Positions 28,741 through 37,525 of a stretch of 57,373 nucleotides of DNA are shown here, piece by piece (the first letter of the stretch is position 1; the number at the start of each line of letters is the position of its first letter). Where the stretch lies: assembly GCA_964368295.1 (NCBI GenBank), contig CAYJBO010000005.1:1-57373 (forward strand), given 5' to 3'. The position numbers and the translations under genes are program-made. The stretch is from an uncultured Bacteroides sp. (GTDB taxonomy: Bacteria > Bacillota > Clostridia > Oscillospirales > Ruminococcaceae). The notes below the pieces were generated by a model, which searched no databases, had not been told where the DNA came from, and saw nothing but the letters and a program-made list of their open reading frames with translations.

Positions 28741-30438
28741 TTAAAAGCTCATGTCATACTCTTTAATTTTTTTATCATCAATACATATACAGCGCTCGCA
28801 ATATTTCAAAACACTTTTTCGGTGCGTTATCAAAAGGCATGTTATGCCTTTTACGTGCTCACGCAAATGGCGCAACACCGAGATTTCAGTCGCCTCGTCA
28901 AGCGCACTTGTCGCTTCGTCCAAAATTAAAATCGGAGCGTTTTTTGCAAGTGCGCGGCAAAGGGCAATCCTCTGCGCCTGGCCCTCAGACAGCCCGAGGC
29001 CTCGCTCGCCAATTTGTGTATAAAGGCCTTGCGGTGCATTTTTAACAAATTCATCAATGGCTACCAATTTTAAAAGCTTCCAAATTTCTTCTTCTGTTAT
29101 ATCCGGTGCGCCTATTTTAATATTGTCAATTATTCGGCCGCTTATAAGCGTATTGCCCTGCGGAACATATGATATATACTTGCGTGCGCCCGCATTTAAC
29201 GTGTAAGATTTTCCACCATCGGCAAATAATTCGATATCGCCTTTAGTCGGCGTTAAGTAAGCCATTGCTAAACGGATAAACGTTGTTTTGCCAATGCCGG
29301 AGCTACCCATCATCGCAACAAATTCGCCCGGCTTTATCTGTATGCTTGTATCTCGCAAAATCTCCTCTTCGTCGTATGCAAATGTCAATTTTTTTACCGA
29401 TATTCCAAGCATTTCGTCCGGCTTTATGTCTGGCACACTCATGTCCTCGCTAGGCATATTGTCTATTTCCATAATGCGCTTAGTTGACGTTATTATTGCG
29501 ACAACACGAGGTATAAGGCGTGATAAACTTACCACTGGCCCTTGTATTTGCGCCACTAATGTTAAAAATATTGACATGGTGCCGTAAGTTATTAATTTTT
29601 TTGAAAGCTGCAAAGACGAATAGACAAAAACCGATATGTAGCTTGCTTGAAAAAACAAACTCAACAAAGATGCCGAAATTGCAGTTATTTTTTGTTTTTT
29701 CATAACCCAATAAATTCTTTTGCCCCTGAGATCTGTCACGCGCTGTGCCGCAGATTGTTCGGCGCCAAAAGATTTAAAAACGGCTAAGTTTGCAACGCTT
29801 TCTTGCATAAAAGATTTATAAGCAGATTCTGATTGTTGTATTTTTTCTTGCACAGGACCCAATACTCGCCCTGAAATTACGCCAATCAATACGGTTATAG
29901 GGGCAAGAGCCAGCGCAAAAAGCGCAATGCCCATATCAAAATAAGCCAGCGTTGCAAAGGCTGCCACTAATGTTATGCCGAGCGAAAAAATACTAGGTAT
30001 AACCTCTGCAATGCCAATTGCAACTATATCCACATCGCTGGAAAGGCGTGTTATAACATCGCCTGTATGGTATTTTGAAATATAAGACCAACAGCTGCTC
30101 ATGACATTGTTGTATATTTTAATCCTTATGCTAAAAGCAAAGCGCTCGTTTAAAAAAACAGTAACAAAGCCCATGCCGGCCGACAACACCAGCGAAACAA
30201 AGAGCACCGCAATATATATCCACACACTATTTGTAAAGTCTCTTCCCGCTGTTGCAGTATCTATAATGTTGCGCGTTAACAGCGTCATTGCTATGCTGGT
30301 ACCGCTTGAAAAAACACTTACACACATAATTAAAATAAGTGCAGGTATAAACTTTTTTGTGTGCGCAAAAAGCCACTTATATGTATTTTTATGCGCTTTA
30401 AAATTAAAAATCATCGAGAGTGTTTGAGATTTTTTCAT
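28741..30438 (-). CDS. ABC exporter, fused permease and ATPase (lasso D protein candidate)
   Basis: 6-TM domain, GSSGIGKT, YVPQG, LSEGQAQR, LDEATSALD. Confidence 0.9.
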   Translation of the reverse strand: MKKSQTLSMIFNFKAHKNTYKWLFAHTKKFIPALILIMCVSVFSSGTSIAMTLLTRNIIDTATAGRDFTNSVWIYIAVLFVSLVLSAGMGFVTVFLNERFAFSIRIKIYNNVMSSCWSYISKYHTGDVITRLSSDVDIVAIGIAEVIPSIFSLGITLVAAFATLAYFDMGIALFALALAPITVLIGVISGRVLGPVQEKIQQSESAYKSFMQESVANLAVFKSFGAEQSAAQRVTDLRGKRIYWVMKKQKITAISASLLSLFFQASYISVFVYSSLQLSKKLITYGTMSIFLTLVAQIQGPVVSLSRLIPRVVAIITSTKRIMEIDNMPSEDMSVPDIKPDEMLGISVKKLTFAYDEEEILRDTSIQIKPGEFVAMMGSSGIGKTTFIRLAMAYLTPTKGDIELFADGGKSYTLNAGARKYISYVPQGNTLISGRIIDNIKIGAPDITEEEIWKLLKLVAIDEFVKNAPQGLYTQIGERGLGLSEGQAQRIALCRALAKNAPILILDEATSALDEATEISVLRHLREHVKGITCLLITHRKSVLKYCERCICIDDKKIKEYDMSF

Positions 30439-30491
30439 AATGTTTCCTTTTAGTGTAAAGTTTAAATAAATTTAATTTTAAGGAATTAAAA

Positions 30492-31424
30492 ATGTATTTT
30501 TATAATATTTATGGGCTTAATATAGCCTCTGAAATAGAGTTTTACGAAGCTTTGCCGCTTTTAAACGGACTTGCAGATGAAGATGTAATAATTAAAATCG
30601 GTGATATTAATTTTGATGTCAAGGCCGAGGCCAAGACAGTATTAATTGAAGACGACTGGTATTTTTACGTACAATCAAGAAATTGTGTGTACTACGGCGT
30701 TGGCGGCTTTTTATTTTTAGTACAAGATGCAAAAAACATAACTGTAAAGCTGCCAAAAGGCGAATATAAAGAGAGCTTACTGCGCACATTTTTACTCGGC
30801 ACTATTCTTGCCATCGTACTAATGCAGCGTGAATATTTGCCCATCCACGGCGCCGCGGTTGTAAAAAACAATATCGTTTCTATAATATCAGGTTTTTCCG
30901 GAATTGGCAAGAGCGCCATTCTGTCGGCCTTGCTTGAGCGTGGCTACCGATATTTGTCCGACGATATTTCTATAATATCTTATAAAAACGGCGCCGCCGT
31001 TGTGCTGCCTGCATACCCGCAGAGAAAGCTTACGCTGGACTCTGCACAGCAACTCAGCTTTTCTAGCGACAATATTTTTATAGCCACTGAAGACAGCAAA
31101 GAGAAGCTTCACATACGAAATACCGAAGAGTGGTGCAATGTCGAAATGCCCCTTTGCAACTTTATTGAGTTGAGCGCCGAGGACAGGCAATGCGATAGTA
31201 ATTTTACTGCGGAAAGTTATGTTTTACACGGGCACGATGCCCTAAAATTGTTTATGCGAAATTTATACAGGGAAGCATTTCACCGCTATATCGGCTTCAC
31301 TCCTTTGCAAATGAAACAAATGTTTCAAACTGTAAGCACAGTTAAAACCATTCATTTGACAAGAAGGGCCACAAATTATCCCATAAGAGACTGTGCGAGC
31401 GAAATTATAAAACTTATAGAATAA
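30492..31424 (+). CDS. HPr-kinase-like lasso peptide kinase 1 (PadeK-like)
   Basis: Y.IYGL.IASE N-terminus, PIHGAAV, GFSGIGKS, LSDD, PAYPQRKL. Confidence 0.85.
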   Translation: MYFYNIYGLNIASEIEFYEALPLLNGLADEDVIIKIGDINFDVKAEAKTVLIEDDWYFYVQSRNCVYYGVGGFLFLVQDAKNITVKLPKGEYKESLLRTFLLGTILAIVLMQREYLPIHGAAVVKNNIVSIISGFSGIGKSAILSALLERGYRYLSDDISIISYKNGAAVVLPAYPQRKLTLDSAQQLSFSSDNIFIATEDSKEKLHIRNTEEWCNVEMPLCNFIELSAEDRQCDSNFTAESYVLHGHDALKLFMRNLYREAFHRYIGFTPLQMKQMFQTVSTVKTIHLTRRATNYPIRDCASEIIKLIE

Positions 31425-31429
31425 AAACA

Positions 31430-31458
31430 TTGAAAAGTTTCTATATGAATGGTATAAT
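31430..31458 (+). promoter_or_regulatory. Internal sigmaA promoter for kinase 2 and B1
   Basis: TTGAAA-17 bp-TATAAT with an extended TG. Confidence 0.6.
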
Positions 31459-31500
31459 TTGCCTTAGGTTAATTTAAATACGTTATATAAGGATATTTTA

Positions 31501-32430
31501 ATGTCAAAACTTTATCGCATTTTTTCGCTCTGTGTTGAAAGCTGTATACATCTGCCGGAGGCGCCTTTAATAGAGGAGGCCGCAAACGTCGATGTAAAAA
31601 TTGAATACGGTAAAATCGAAACCATAATGCGCCCGGCGCCAAACGAGCCTTTAAACCTATTCGGCTTTGTGCGCATATCTGACAGCTGTGTGCAATTTGG
31701 TTGCAGGCATGCCGTTTACGAAATTAGCAATGCCAACAAAATTGTTATTGACCCGGAAAAAGACGCCACGCCTGAACAGCTGCGGTTGTTTTTATTGGGC
31801 TCTACTATGGCAGTTCTTCTAACACAGCGCAACTTTTTCCCCTTGCACGGCGGTGCTGTTGTGGTCAACGGCAAAGCGGCTATAATAACGGGCGTGGCCG
31901 GGGCCGGCAAATCCACAATAACAAGCACTATAGTAAAATTGGGCGTGCCCTATCTCACAGACGATGTCTCGGCACTTTTTTACAACCAGGGCGTCTATAA
32001 TGTTCTGCCCTCTTACCCACAGCGCAAGCTAGTGCGAGATGCATGTTTACAGCTTGGCCACAACGTTAAAGACCTGCCGATTGTCGACATTGCCAGAGAT
32101 AAATTTGCAATAAGAGATTTAGAAAACTGGAACTGCAAGCATATGCCTCTTGCGGTGATGATTAATCTAGTGCCCGCCGGCAGCGATGCGCAGTGTATTG
32201 AGGTTAAAAAGCTAAACGCCAAAGACAACATAAGGCTCGTTTCAGATAGCCTGTACCGCAAAGAATTACACATGGAAAAAAACGGTGCATACACAAAAAA
32301 CACGTTACAACAAATACTTTTAATTGCCGCGCAAGTTAAAGCATTTGAAATTTCAGTTCCTCGCAACATAAAAAAGCTAGAGCAATTTGCAGGCGAAATA
32401 ATTGAGTTATTAAAAGAATCTTGTCAATAA
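31501..32430 (+). CDS. HPr-kinase-like lasso peptide kinase 2 (PadeK-like)
   Basis: FLLGS, PLHGGAV, GVAGAGKST, LTDDV, PSYPQRKL. Confidence 0.85.
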   Translation: MSKLYRIFSLCVESCIHLPEAPLIEEAANVDVKIEYGKIETIMRPAPNEPLNLFGFVRISDSCVQFGCRHAVYEISNANKIVIDPEKDATPEQLRLFLLGSTMAVLLTQRNFFPLHGGAVVVNGKAAIITGVAGAGKSTITSTIVKLGVPYLTDDVSALFYNQGVYNVLPSYPQRKLVRDACLQLGHNVKDLPIVDIARDKFAIRDLENWNCKHMPLAVMINLVPAGSDAQCIEVKKLNAKDNIRLVSDSLYRKELHMEKNGAYTKNTLQQILLIAAQVKAFEISVPRNIKKLEQFAGEIIELLKESCQ

Positions 32431-32446
32431 AAATTTGGAGGGAATT

Positions 32447-32728
32447 ATGCTAAAGCAATACGAAATTACATTTATAAAAAAACCTGATATTACAGACCTT
32501 GCCGGAGAAAAAGTAATGATAGACTTTGACAGCGGCAAGTATTTTATGTTAACAGGCGCCGCAAACGATATTTGGGACTTAATGGAAACTAACAGCAACA
32601 CAGCGCAAATAGTTAGCAAGTTAACAGACATTTACGACATAGACGAGCAAACTTGCTACAACGAAGTAATAGCCTTTTTAAACACATTGTCAGAAATTGG
32701 CTTTATATCTTTAAAAGAGACAGTTTAA
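32447..32728 (+). CDS. PqqD-family RiPP recognition element (lasso B1)
   Basis: DLAGEKVMIDFDSGKYFML...IWDL...YDI...C..EV..FL..L...G pattern; ATG after GGAGGG. Confidence 0.92.
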   Translation: MLKQYEITFIKKPDITDLAGEKVMIDFDSGKYFMLTGAANDIWDLMETNSNTAQIVSKLTDIYDIDEQTCYNEVIAFLNTLSEIGFISLKETV

Positions 32729-32735
32729 TACCCAT

Positions 32736-32780
32736 AAAAAAACAAAAACTTCTGTGAATAATCACGGAAGTTTTTTTGTT
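32736..32780. terminator. Bidirectional terminator between B1 and the precursor gene
   Basis: aaaaacttctgtga-ataa-tcacggaagttttt with flanking A/T runs. Confidence 0.75.
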
Positions 32781-32796
32781 TCTATTAATTATAGAA

Positions 32797-32955
32797 TTAT
32801 GAGCATTGTGAGCCAAACATATCAGAAAGTGAGCAACCTTCGCCTAGTCCGGGAACGTCCCATGCGCCTGTATCGTTGCCAGCTTCTAGTGCGTCTGTCA
32901 TTGTTGCATTAATTTCAATGCTCTCTACTTCAGGTGTATTCCATTGTTTTTTCAT
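32797..32955 (-). CDS. Lasso peptide precursor (paeninodin-type leader), 52 aa, absent from the ORF track
   Basis: Manual translation: MKKQWNTPEVESIEINATM-TDALEAGNDTGAWDVPGLGEGCSLSDMFGSQCS*. GAGG RBS; WxxP leader motif; Thr at -2; Asp at core position 9; C-terminal Ser; directly downstream of the cyclase gene. Confidence 0.92.
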   Translation of the reverse strand: MKKQWNTPEVESIEINATMTDALEAGNDTGAWDVPGLGEGCSLSDMFGSQCS

Positions 32956-33089
32956 GTTAAAAACCTCACTATTATATTTTATTTGCTTGAACTAATTCAA
33001 ACTTTAATACAATTATACCGCCTAATTTTAAAAAGTAAACAAGTCTAACAAAATTGATAGATTTAATGTTTTAATTGTAAAGCACAGGC

Positions 33090-35024
33090 TTAAAAGCCAT
33101 GTTTTTCAAGAAAAACGCCGACGCCATACAGCATATTAAAGCTTCTAAATTCATAGCCGTTAATGTCGTCTTTAGGCAGTTGCTTATATTTTTCTATGTC
33201 CTCTTTTACTTTTTCATTATCCACATATTTTTTAATGCGCTCGCTTGTAAGCATTTCTTTAACTTTAGGGTGCATTTCTTGCCAGCTGTGCTCAATTCGC
33301 TCATACCAGTCAGAGCCCTGTAGGCCGCGCGGGGCAAATTCTCGCAAAAACTCGGCCGGCAGCAAATCTGCACAATAACAACGCACAAGCCTTTTTATTT
33401 CGGGCACGTCGTTGACAAAGCACTCAATAGGTATGGCACTGCAAAACTCTTGTATTCTAACATCACGTGTGGGATCACGCAAAACCATTCCATTTTTAAG
33501 CGAAAACGCCGTGTCGTATTCCGAAGTTTGGGCATAAATAATATCGCTAAGTATAACTCTTCGCATTTTGTGAAACGGCCATTTCCTAAAATTGCTCATT
33601 TCTCTTTTTAACTTAAGAAGACTTTTATTAGTATATATACTAAGCTCTTTTGCCTTTTCTGCGCTTAGATAGACATCTTCAAGTGCATAGGTTGTAATTT
33701 TTTGCGGCTTTTGCGCTTTTAAGTACTCTTTAATGCAATGTATAAAATATTTTTTTCTGCTAAATTTATTCTTTTTACAAAACCTATTTAACATCGCAAA
33801 CGCTTTAACCACGTTGCCGGTGCGCATTTTTTCAAAAAAGTAAAACTCATGGGTTCTGCCAAACGAAACCGTCCCGTTACCGCATTGGCCCGTCAATAGC
33901 ATTTTGCAGTTATCCTCACCTGCTTTTTTATAAAGCGAGTGTATCCAATCTATGTTCACCATGGATTTATACGGTGTTTCGTACGTTTTCATGATTTCAC
34001 GTATGTTAGAAAACCCATCAGCCTCGGGCGATTTTAAAAATGTCGGTATAATATTAGGATACATCTTACAAATTTTAAGCACAGATTGCGTTTCATCCGG
34101 TATATATTCCTTGACGTTTGAGCGCTGAACAAAGCCATCTACGGGCACATTTGTATAACTGTATAGGTTTTTGCCCTGCTCGGCAAGCTTAATTGCCACC
34201 TGCGAGCCCACTGTGGAGGAGTCGAAACCTCCCGTCATCATTATACCTATTTTTCCGTCAACGCCATCTATAACTTGTGTGACGCACTGCCAATATAATT
34301 TGCGAAAATGCTCTTTGTACTCTTCGTCTGTTTTATATCTTATTTTTTTAACTTTTTCAAAATCATAATATTTTATTAGCTCTGTCTTTTCTTTTGTAAA
34401 CACGTTATAATGTGCATGGTTCATCCTAAAAACATCAACATACGGTGTGTCTGTGCCGTTAGACAGATTGCTAAGGGCTTTTATAGCTAAAAACGCTCCA
34501 AGCCATTCTTCGTTAAGTTTTTTATCGGTGACGTTTAATATCGCCTCCATGCGTGTTGAAAAATAAACACGATTTTCAACACGGCGGTAATATAGGGCCC
34601 TGCACGCAGTGTGGTCTACCCCTAAAGTCAGTTTTTTTTGTTTTACATCCCACATTGCATAAGAATACGCACCATAAACCTTTTTTGCCATATCCGCGCC
34701 CCATTTGCACAGCGCCAAATAAAGCAACTGCCCGTCGGGAACATTTGCATTCTCGGGGCAAAGGTCTAAAATAAGTTCAGTGCGGTTATCTATTACGCAA
34801 TCAGCTGTAAATAATACATCATTTTGGCTATCGTAATAAGGCAAATTTTCATTTTTAGACCACACTTTTATATATTGATGCGCACAGCCCATAATGGCGG
34901 TTTCTTGCTCAATATATTTAAAATCGTCTATTTTAAACTCGTGGAAAGGCTTTTCCATCAAAGTTTTTATGTCATCTTGTATAATAGTGTCCGAAAAATC
35001 AACACAACCCCAAATGCCCGGCAT
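33090..35024 (-). CDS. Lasso cyclase (asparagine synthetase-like C protein)
   Basis: Begins MPGIWG (no catalytic Cys2); IDNRTEL, MTGGFDSS, LLTGQCGN, RDPTRD, RGLQG.DW. Confidence 0.92.
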   Translation of the reverse strand: MPGIWGCVDFSDTIIQDDIKTLMEKPFHEFKIDDFKYIEQETAIMGCAHQYIKVWSKNENLPYYDSQNDVLFTADCVIDNRTELILDLCPENANVPDGQLLYLALCKWGADMAKKVYGAYSYAMWDVKQKKLTLGVDHTACRALYYRRVENRVYFSTRMEAILNVTDKKLNEEWLGAFLAIKALSNLSNGTDTPYVDVFRMNHAHYNVFTKEKTELIKYYDFEKVKKIRYKTDEEYKEHFRKLYWQCVTQVIDGVDGKIGIMMTGGFDSSTVGSQVAIKLAEQGKNLYSYTNVPVDGFVQRSNVKEYIPDETQSVLKICKMYPNIIPTFLKSPEADGFSNIREIMKTYETPYKSMVNIDWIHSLYKKAGEDNCKMLLTGQCGNGTVSFGRTHEFYFFEKMRTGNVVKAFAMLNRFCKKNKFSRKKYFIHCIKEYLKAQKPQKITTYALEDVYLSAEKAKELSIYTNKSLLKLKREMSNFRKWPFHKMRRVILSDIIYAQTSEYDTAFSLKNGMVLRDPTRDVRIQEFCSAIPIECFVNDVPEIKRLVRCYCADLLPAEFLREFAPRGLQGSDWYERIEHSWQEMHPKVKEMLTSERIKKYVDNEKVKEDIEKYKQLPKDDINGYEFRSFNMLYGVGVFLEKHGF

Positions 35025-35377
35025 AATATCTCCCTTGCTACGATAATTTTATTTAATATTACTATAAATGTATGTACTGGTCAAGCAATGCCGTTTTATA
35101 TGCTTGCATGTTTAAATATATAGTTGTAAAATGTAAGTAATATGTAGTATTAATTATTGGCATATTTGGCGGTTGCCGTGCAAGGAGCGATCCAAATGTC
35201 GCATTGGATAAAAATTATATTAGTTTGTGTATATCATAAAATGGTGCGGTTTGTTTTTCCAAATCATATTATTGCACTAATTAATACTTTCTTTGTTTAG
35301 TAAACACTACGGATTATTTAACCATATTTTATGCCAGCACTACGCACATGCCAATTTATATTTTAGGAGTTAATTTT

Positions 35378-36058
35378 ATGAGCACACTTTTATTTGTAGA
35401 CGACGATGTCGAATTACTTGAAATAATTTCTGCTGAATTTAGTGAGAAAGCATATGAAGTCCACACTTTAGAGAGCGCCGTTAATATAGAGCAGCAAGTA
35501 GAAAAAATAATGCCCGATTGCATTATTTTAGACGTTATGATGCCCGAGATAGATGGCTTTGCGGCCTTTGCAAATATACGCAAAGCAAACAGCACCCCTA
35601 TAATTTTTTTAACAGGGAAAATATCCGAAGACGACAAAGTTAACGGCATACTGATGGGCGCAGACGACTATATAGAAAAACCGTTTAGCTTTCGTGAGCT
35701 TGAGGCACGCATACGCATGGTAATAAAGCGCAACAGCACGGGCAATACAAGCACTTTAAATTTTGCATCTATTGAAATAAACACGCTAAGCCGTGTTGTT
35801 TTGTGCGACGGCCAAGAGCTTGCCTTAACCGCAAGGGAATACGACCTACTATTAATGCTGGCAACTTCAAAGGAAAAAATCATCACCTACGAACAAATCG
35901 GCACCCATTTGTGGGGCACGTATCGCAAAGAAGATCGCGGATCTGTTATGGTTAATGTTTCACGGCTGCGAAAAAAGTTAGAGGCAGACCCACTGGCGGC
36001 ACACTTGTTAGAGACAGTGTGGGGCAAGGGCTATAGCTTTAACGGCGGAAAGGCATAA
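35378..36058 (+). CDS. OmpR-family response regulator
   Basis: VDDD, LDVMMP, DDYIEKPF, VSRLRKKL, TVWGKGY. Confidence 0.95.
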   Translation: MSTLLFVDDDVELLEIISAEFSEKAYEVHTLESAVNIEQQVEKIMPDCIILDVMMPEIDGFAAFANIRKANSTPIIFLTGKISEDDKVNGILMGADDYIEKPFSFRELEARIRMVIKRNSTGNTSTLNFASIEINTLSRVVLCDGQELALTAREYDLLLMLATSKEKIITYEQIGTHLWGTYRKEDRGSVMVNVSRLRKKLEADPLAAHLLETVWGKGYSFNGGKA

Positions 36059-36060
36059 AA

Positions 36061-36870
36061 ATGAAAGACACAAACTACATTTCTCCCGGCATACAGCAGG
36101 GCGAAGACTTAACCGCAAAGCTGCTTGCGCTTACGCTAGAATTAGAGCAGCTTAATAAAAAACTATTAGACAGCGAAAACGCACGTATGCGCATACTAGA
36201 GAATATATCGCACGATTTACGCGCGCCGCTAGCGGCTGTGCGCAGTGCGGTAGAGCGCTTGTCGTCTGACAATATATCAAAAGCCGAGCAGCAAAACCTA
36301 GTTGGTATTATGGACAAACGCATTGGAACGCTGGAAAGATTAGTTGACGAGCTTTATCTCTCGCAAAAATTAAATCAGCCTGAATTTACACCAAATTTTG
36401 AGCTCTTGCCAATTGCAGCCTTTTTGGAGGAATATTACGTCCAGCTAGACGTGTCGGGCAAGATGCAAGGCCGAAAATTGACACTGAGTCTGCCGAGCGA
36501 AACTTCAGCCGCTGTTAATCTTGACAGCTATCTTTTTGTGCGGGTTTTAGACAATTTAATCTCCAATGCATATCGCCACACCCAAAACAATGATAAAATT
36601 GAGTTTGCACTGAGCGAAATTCAAGGCGCGAGCGTTGTTTTGAGCATAGGCAATTCCGGCGCGTGCATTAACAGCGAGCATCTGCCGCATATATTTGAGA
36701 GGACTTTTACGGCCTCGTCTGCACGCACACCCGACAAAACAGGCAGCGGCCTCGGTTTATTTATAGCCAAGGCGATTGTCGAAAAACACGGCGGCACAAT
36801 TATATGCGAAAATTCACAAAATACTGGCGTAATTTTTAAAATTACACTGCCAATTGCAAAAGCGCTATAA
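36061..36870 (+). CDS. Cytoplasmic histidine kinase with no TM or sensor domain
   Basis: SHDLRAPL about 50 residues from the start, NLISNA, IFERTF, GSGLGLFIA; no hydrophobic segment. Confidence 0.9.
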   Translation: MKDTNYISPGIQQGEDLTAKLLALTLELEQLNKKLLDSENARMRILENISHDLRAPLAAVRSAVERLSSDNISKAEQQNLVGIMDKRIGTLERLVDELYLSQKLNQPEFTPNFELLPIAAFLEEYYVQLDVSGKMQGRKLTLSLPSETSAAVNLDSYLFVRVLDNLISNAYRHTQNNDKIEFALSEIQGASVVLSIGNSGACINSEHLPHIFERTFTASSARTPDKTGSGLGLFIAKAIVEKHGGTIICENSQNTGVIFKITLPIAKAL

Positions 36871-36875
36871 ATAAA

Positions 36876-37334
36876 TTACATTATAAATTTAGCAACAACC
36901 GCATATCCCTCGCCTTTGCCGCCACAAATATAAACGCTCCCACACCGCACCCAGGCGTGTGCTATCATTTTGCCGCTTTCTTCGTCTCTCGACACGCCAA
37001 GGTACAAGGTTGATTTAATATTGTAATCTCTGAGTAGACGCTGTGCAACCATAGCTTGAACAAGGCATTTGCTTTGCCACGGCACACGCTTTGCCACGCG
37101 CGCCACCTTATCAATAACATACAGCATGTTGCCTATATCACGGCGTGTCTGCAGATCTTCAAAAGTGCTCTCGCCCGGTTTGCCAAGATACTTGTGCAGC
37201 TTAGACCCCTTAAAGAAATATATGCGAAACCTTGCAACCGCCGTTAAAAAAACAGTTTTAACGGTTAGCCAGCGCCGGCTTGTTTTAAACAAAAAATTGT
37301 ATATTAACCTTAATTTATTCTTTATGTCACTCAT
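36876..37334 (-). CDS. Lasso peptide leader peptidase (B2, transglutaminase-like)
   Basis: PWQSKCLVQA (catalytic Cys), LYLGV, AHAWV (catalytic His). Confidence 0.92.
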   Translation of the reverse strand: MSDIKNKLRLIYNFLFKTSRRWLTVKTVFLTAVARFRIYFFKGSKLHKYLGKPGESTFEDLQTRRDIGNMLYVIDKVARVAKRVPWQSKCLVQAMVAQRLLRDYNIKSTLYLGVSRDEESGKMIAHAWVRCGSVYICGGKGEGYAVVAKFIM

Positions 37335-37381
37335 TCCTTTTTGTACTATAAAGTGTATAATTTTTTATGTGCTTTTTTTAA

Positions 37382-37417
37382 AAAATGCTTTTACATAATT
37401 TAATGTAAAAGCATTTT
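37382..37417 (-). terminator. Hairpin/terminator between the GT2 and B2 genes
   Basis: aaaatgcttttacat...atgtaaaagcatttt. Confidence 0.55.
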
Positions 37418-37525
37418 AAAACCCTAATTGTGTAATATTAATTAAAATACGGCAACCCCAGCTGTCTTTGCCGGTGTGCATTGCGCCTTTTAAAGCAGCG
37501 GTTATTATAGCGCCTACATTAAAAA

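Noticed and set aside
30492..32430. Catabolite-repression HPr kinase HprK
   Set aside because: The N-terminus and YPQxKL motif, the duplication and the RRE neighbour fit lasso kinases.
32447..32728. PQQ biosynthesis (pqqD)
   Set aside because: No pqqA/B/C/E genes in the window; it is the lasso RRE.
33090..35024. Housekeeping asparagine synthetase AsnB
   Set aside because: Lacks the N-terminal catalytic Cys and is flanked by precursor, RRE and B2 genes, so it is better explained as a lasso cyclase.
35025..35377. Second lasso precursor in this or other intergenic gaps of the cluster
   Set aside because: No further WxxP...T leader ORF found by eye; a systematic small-ORF scan was not possible.
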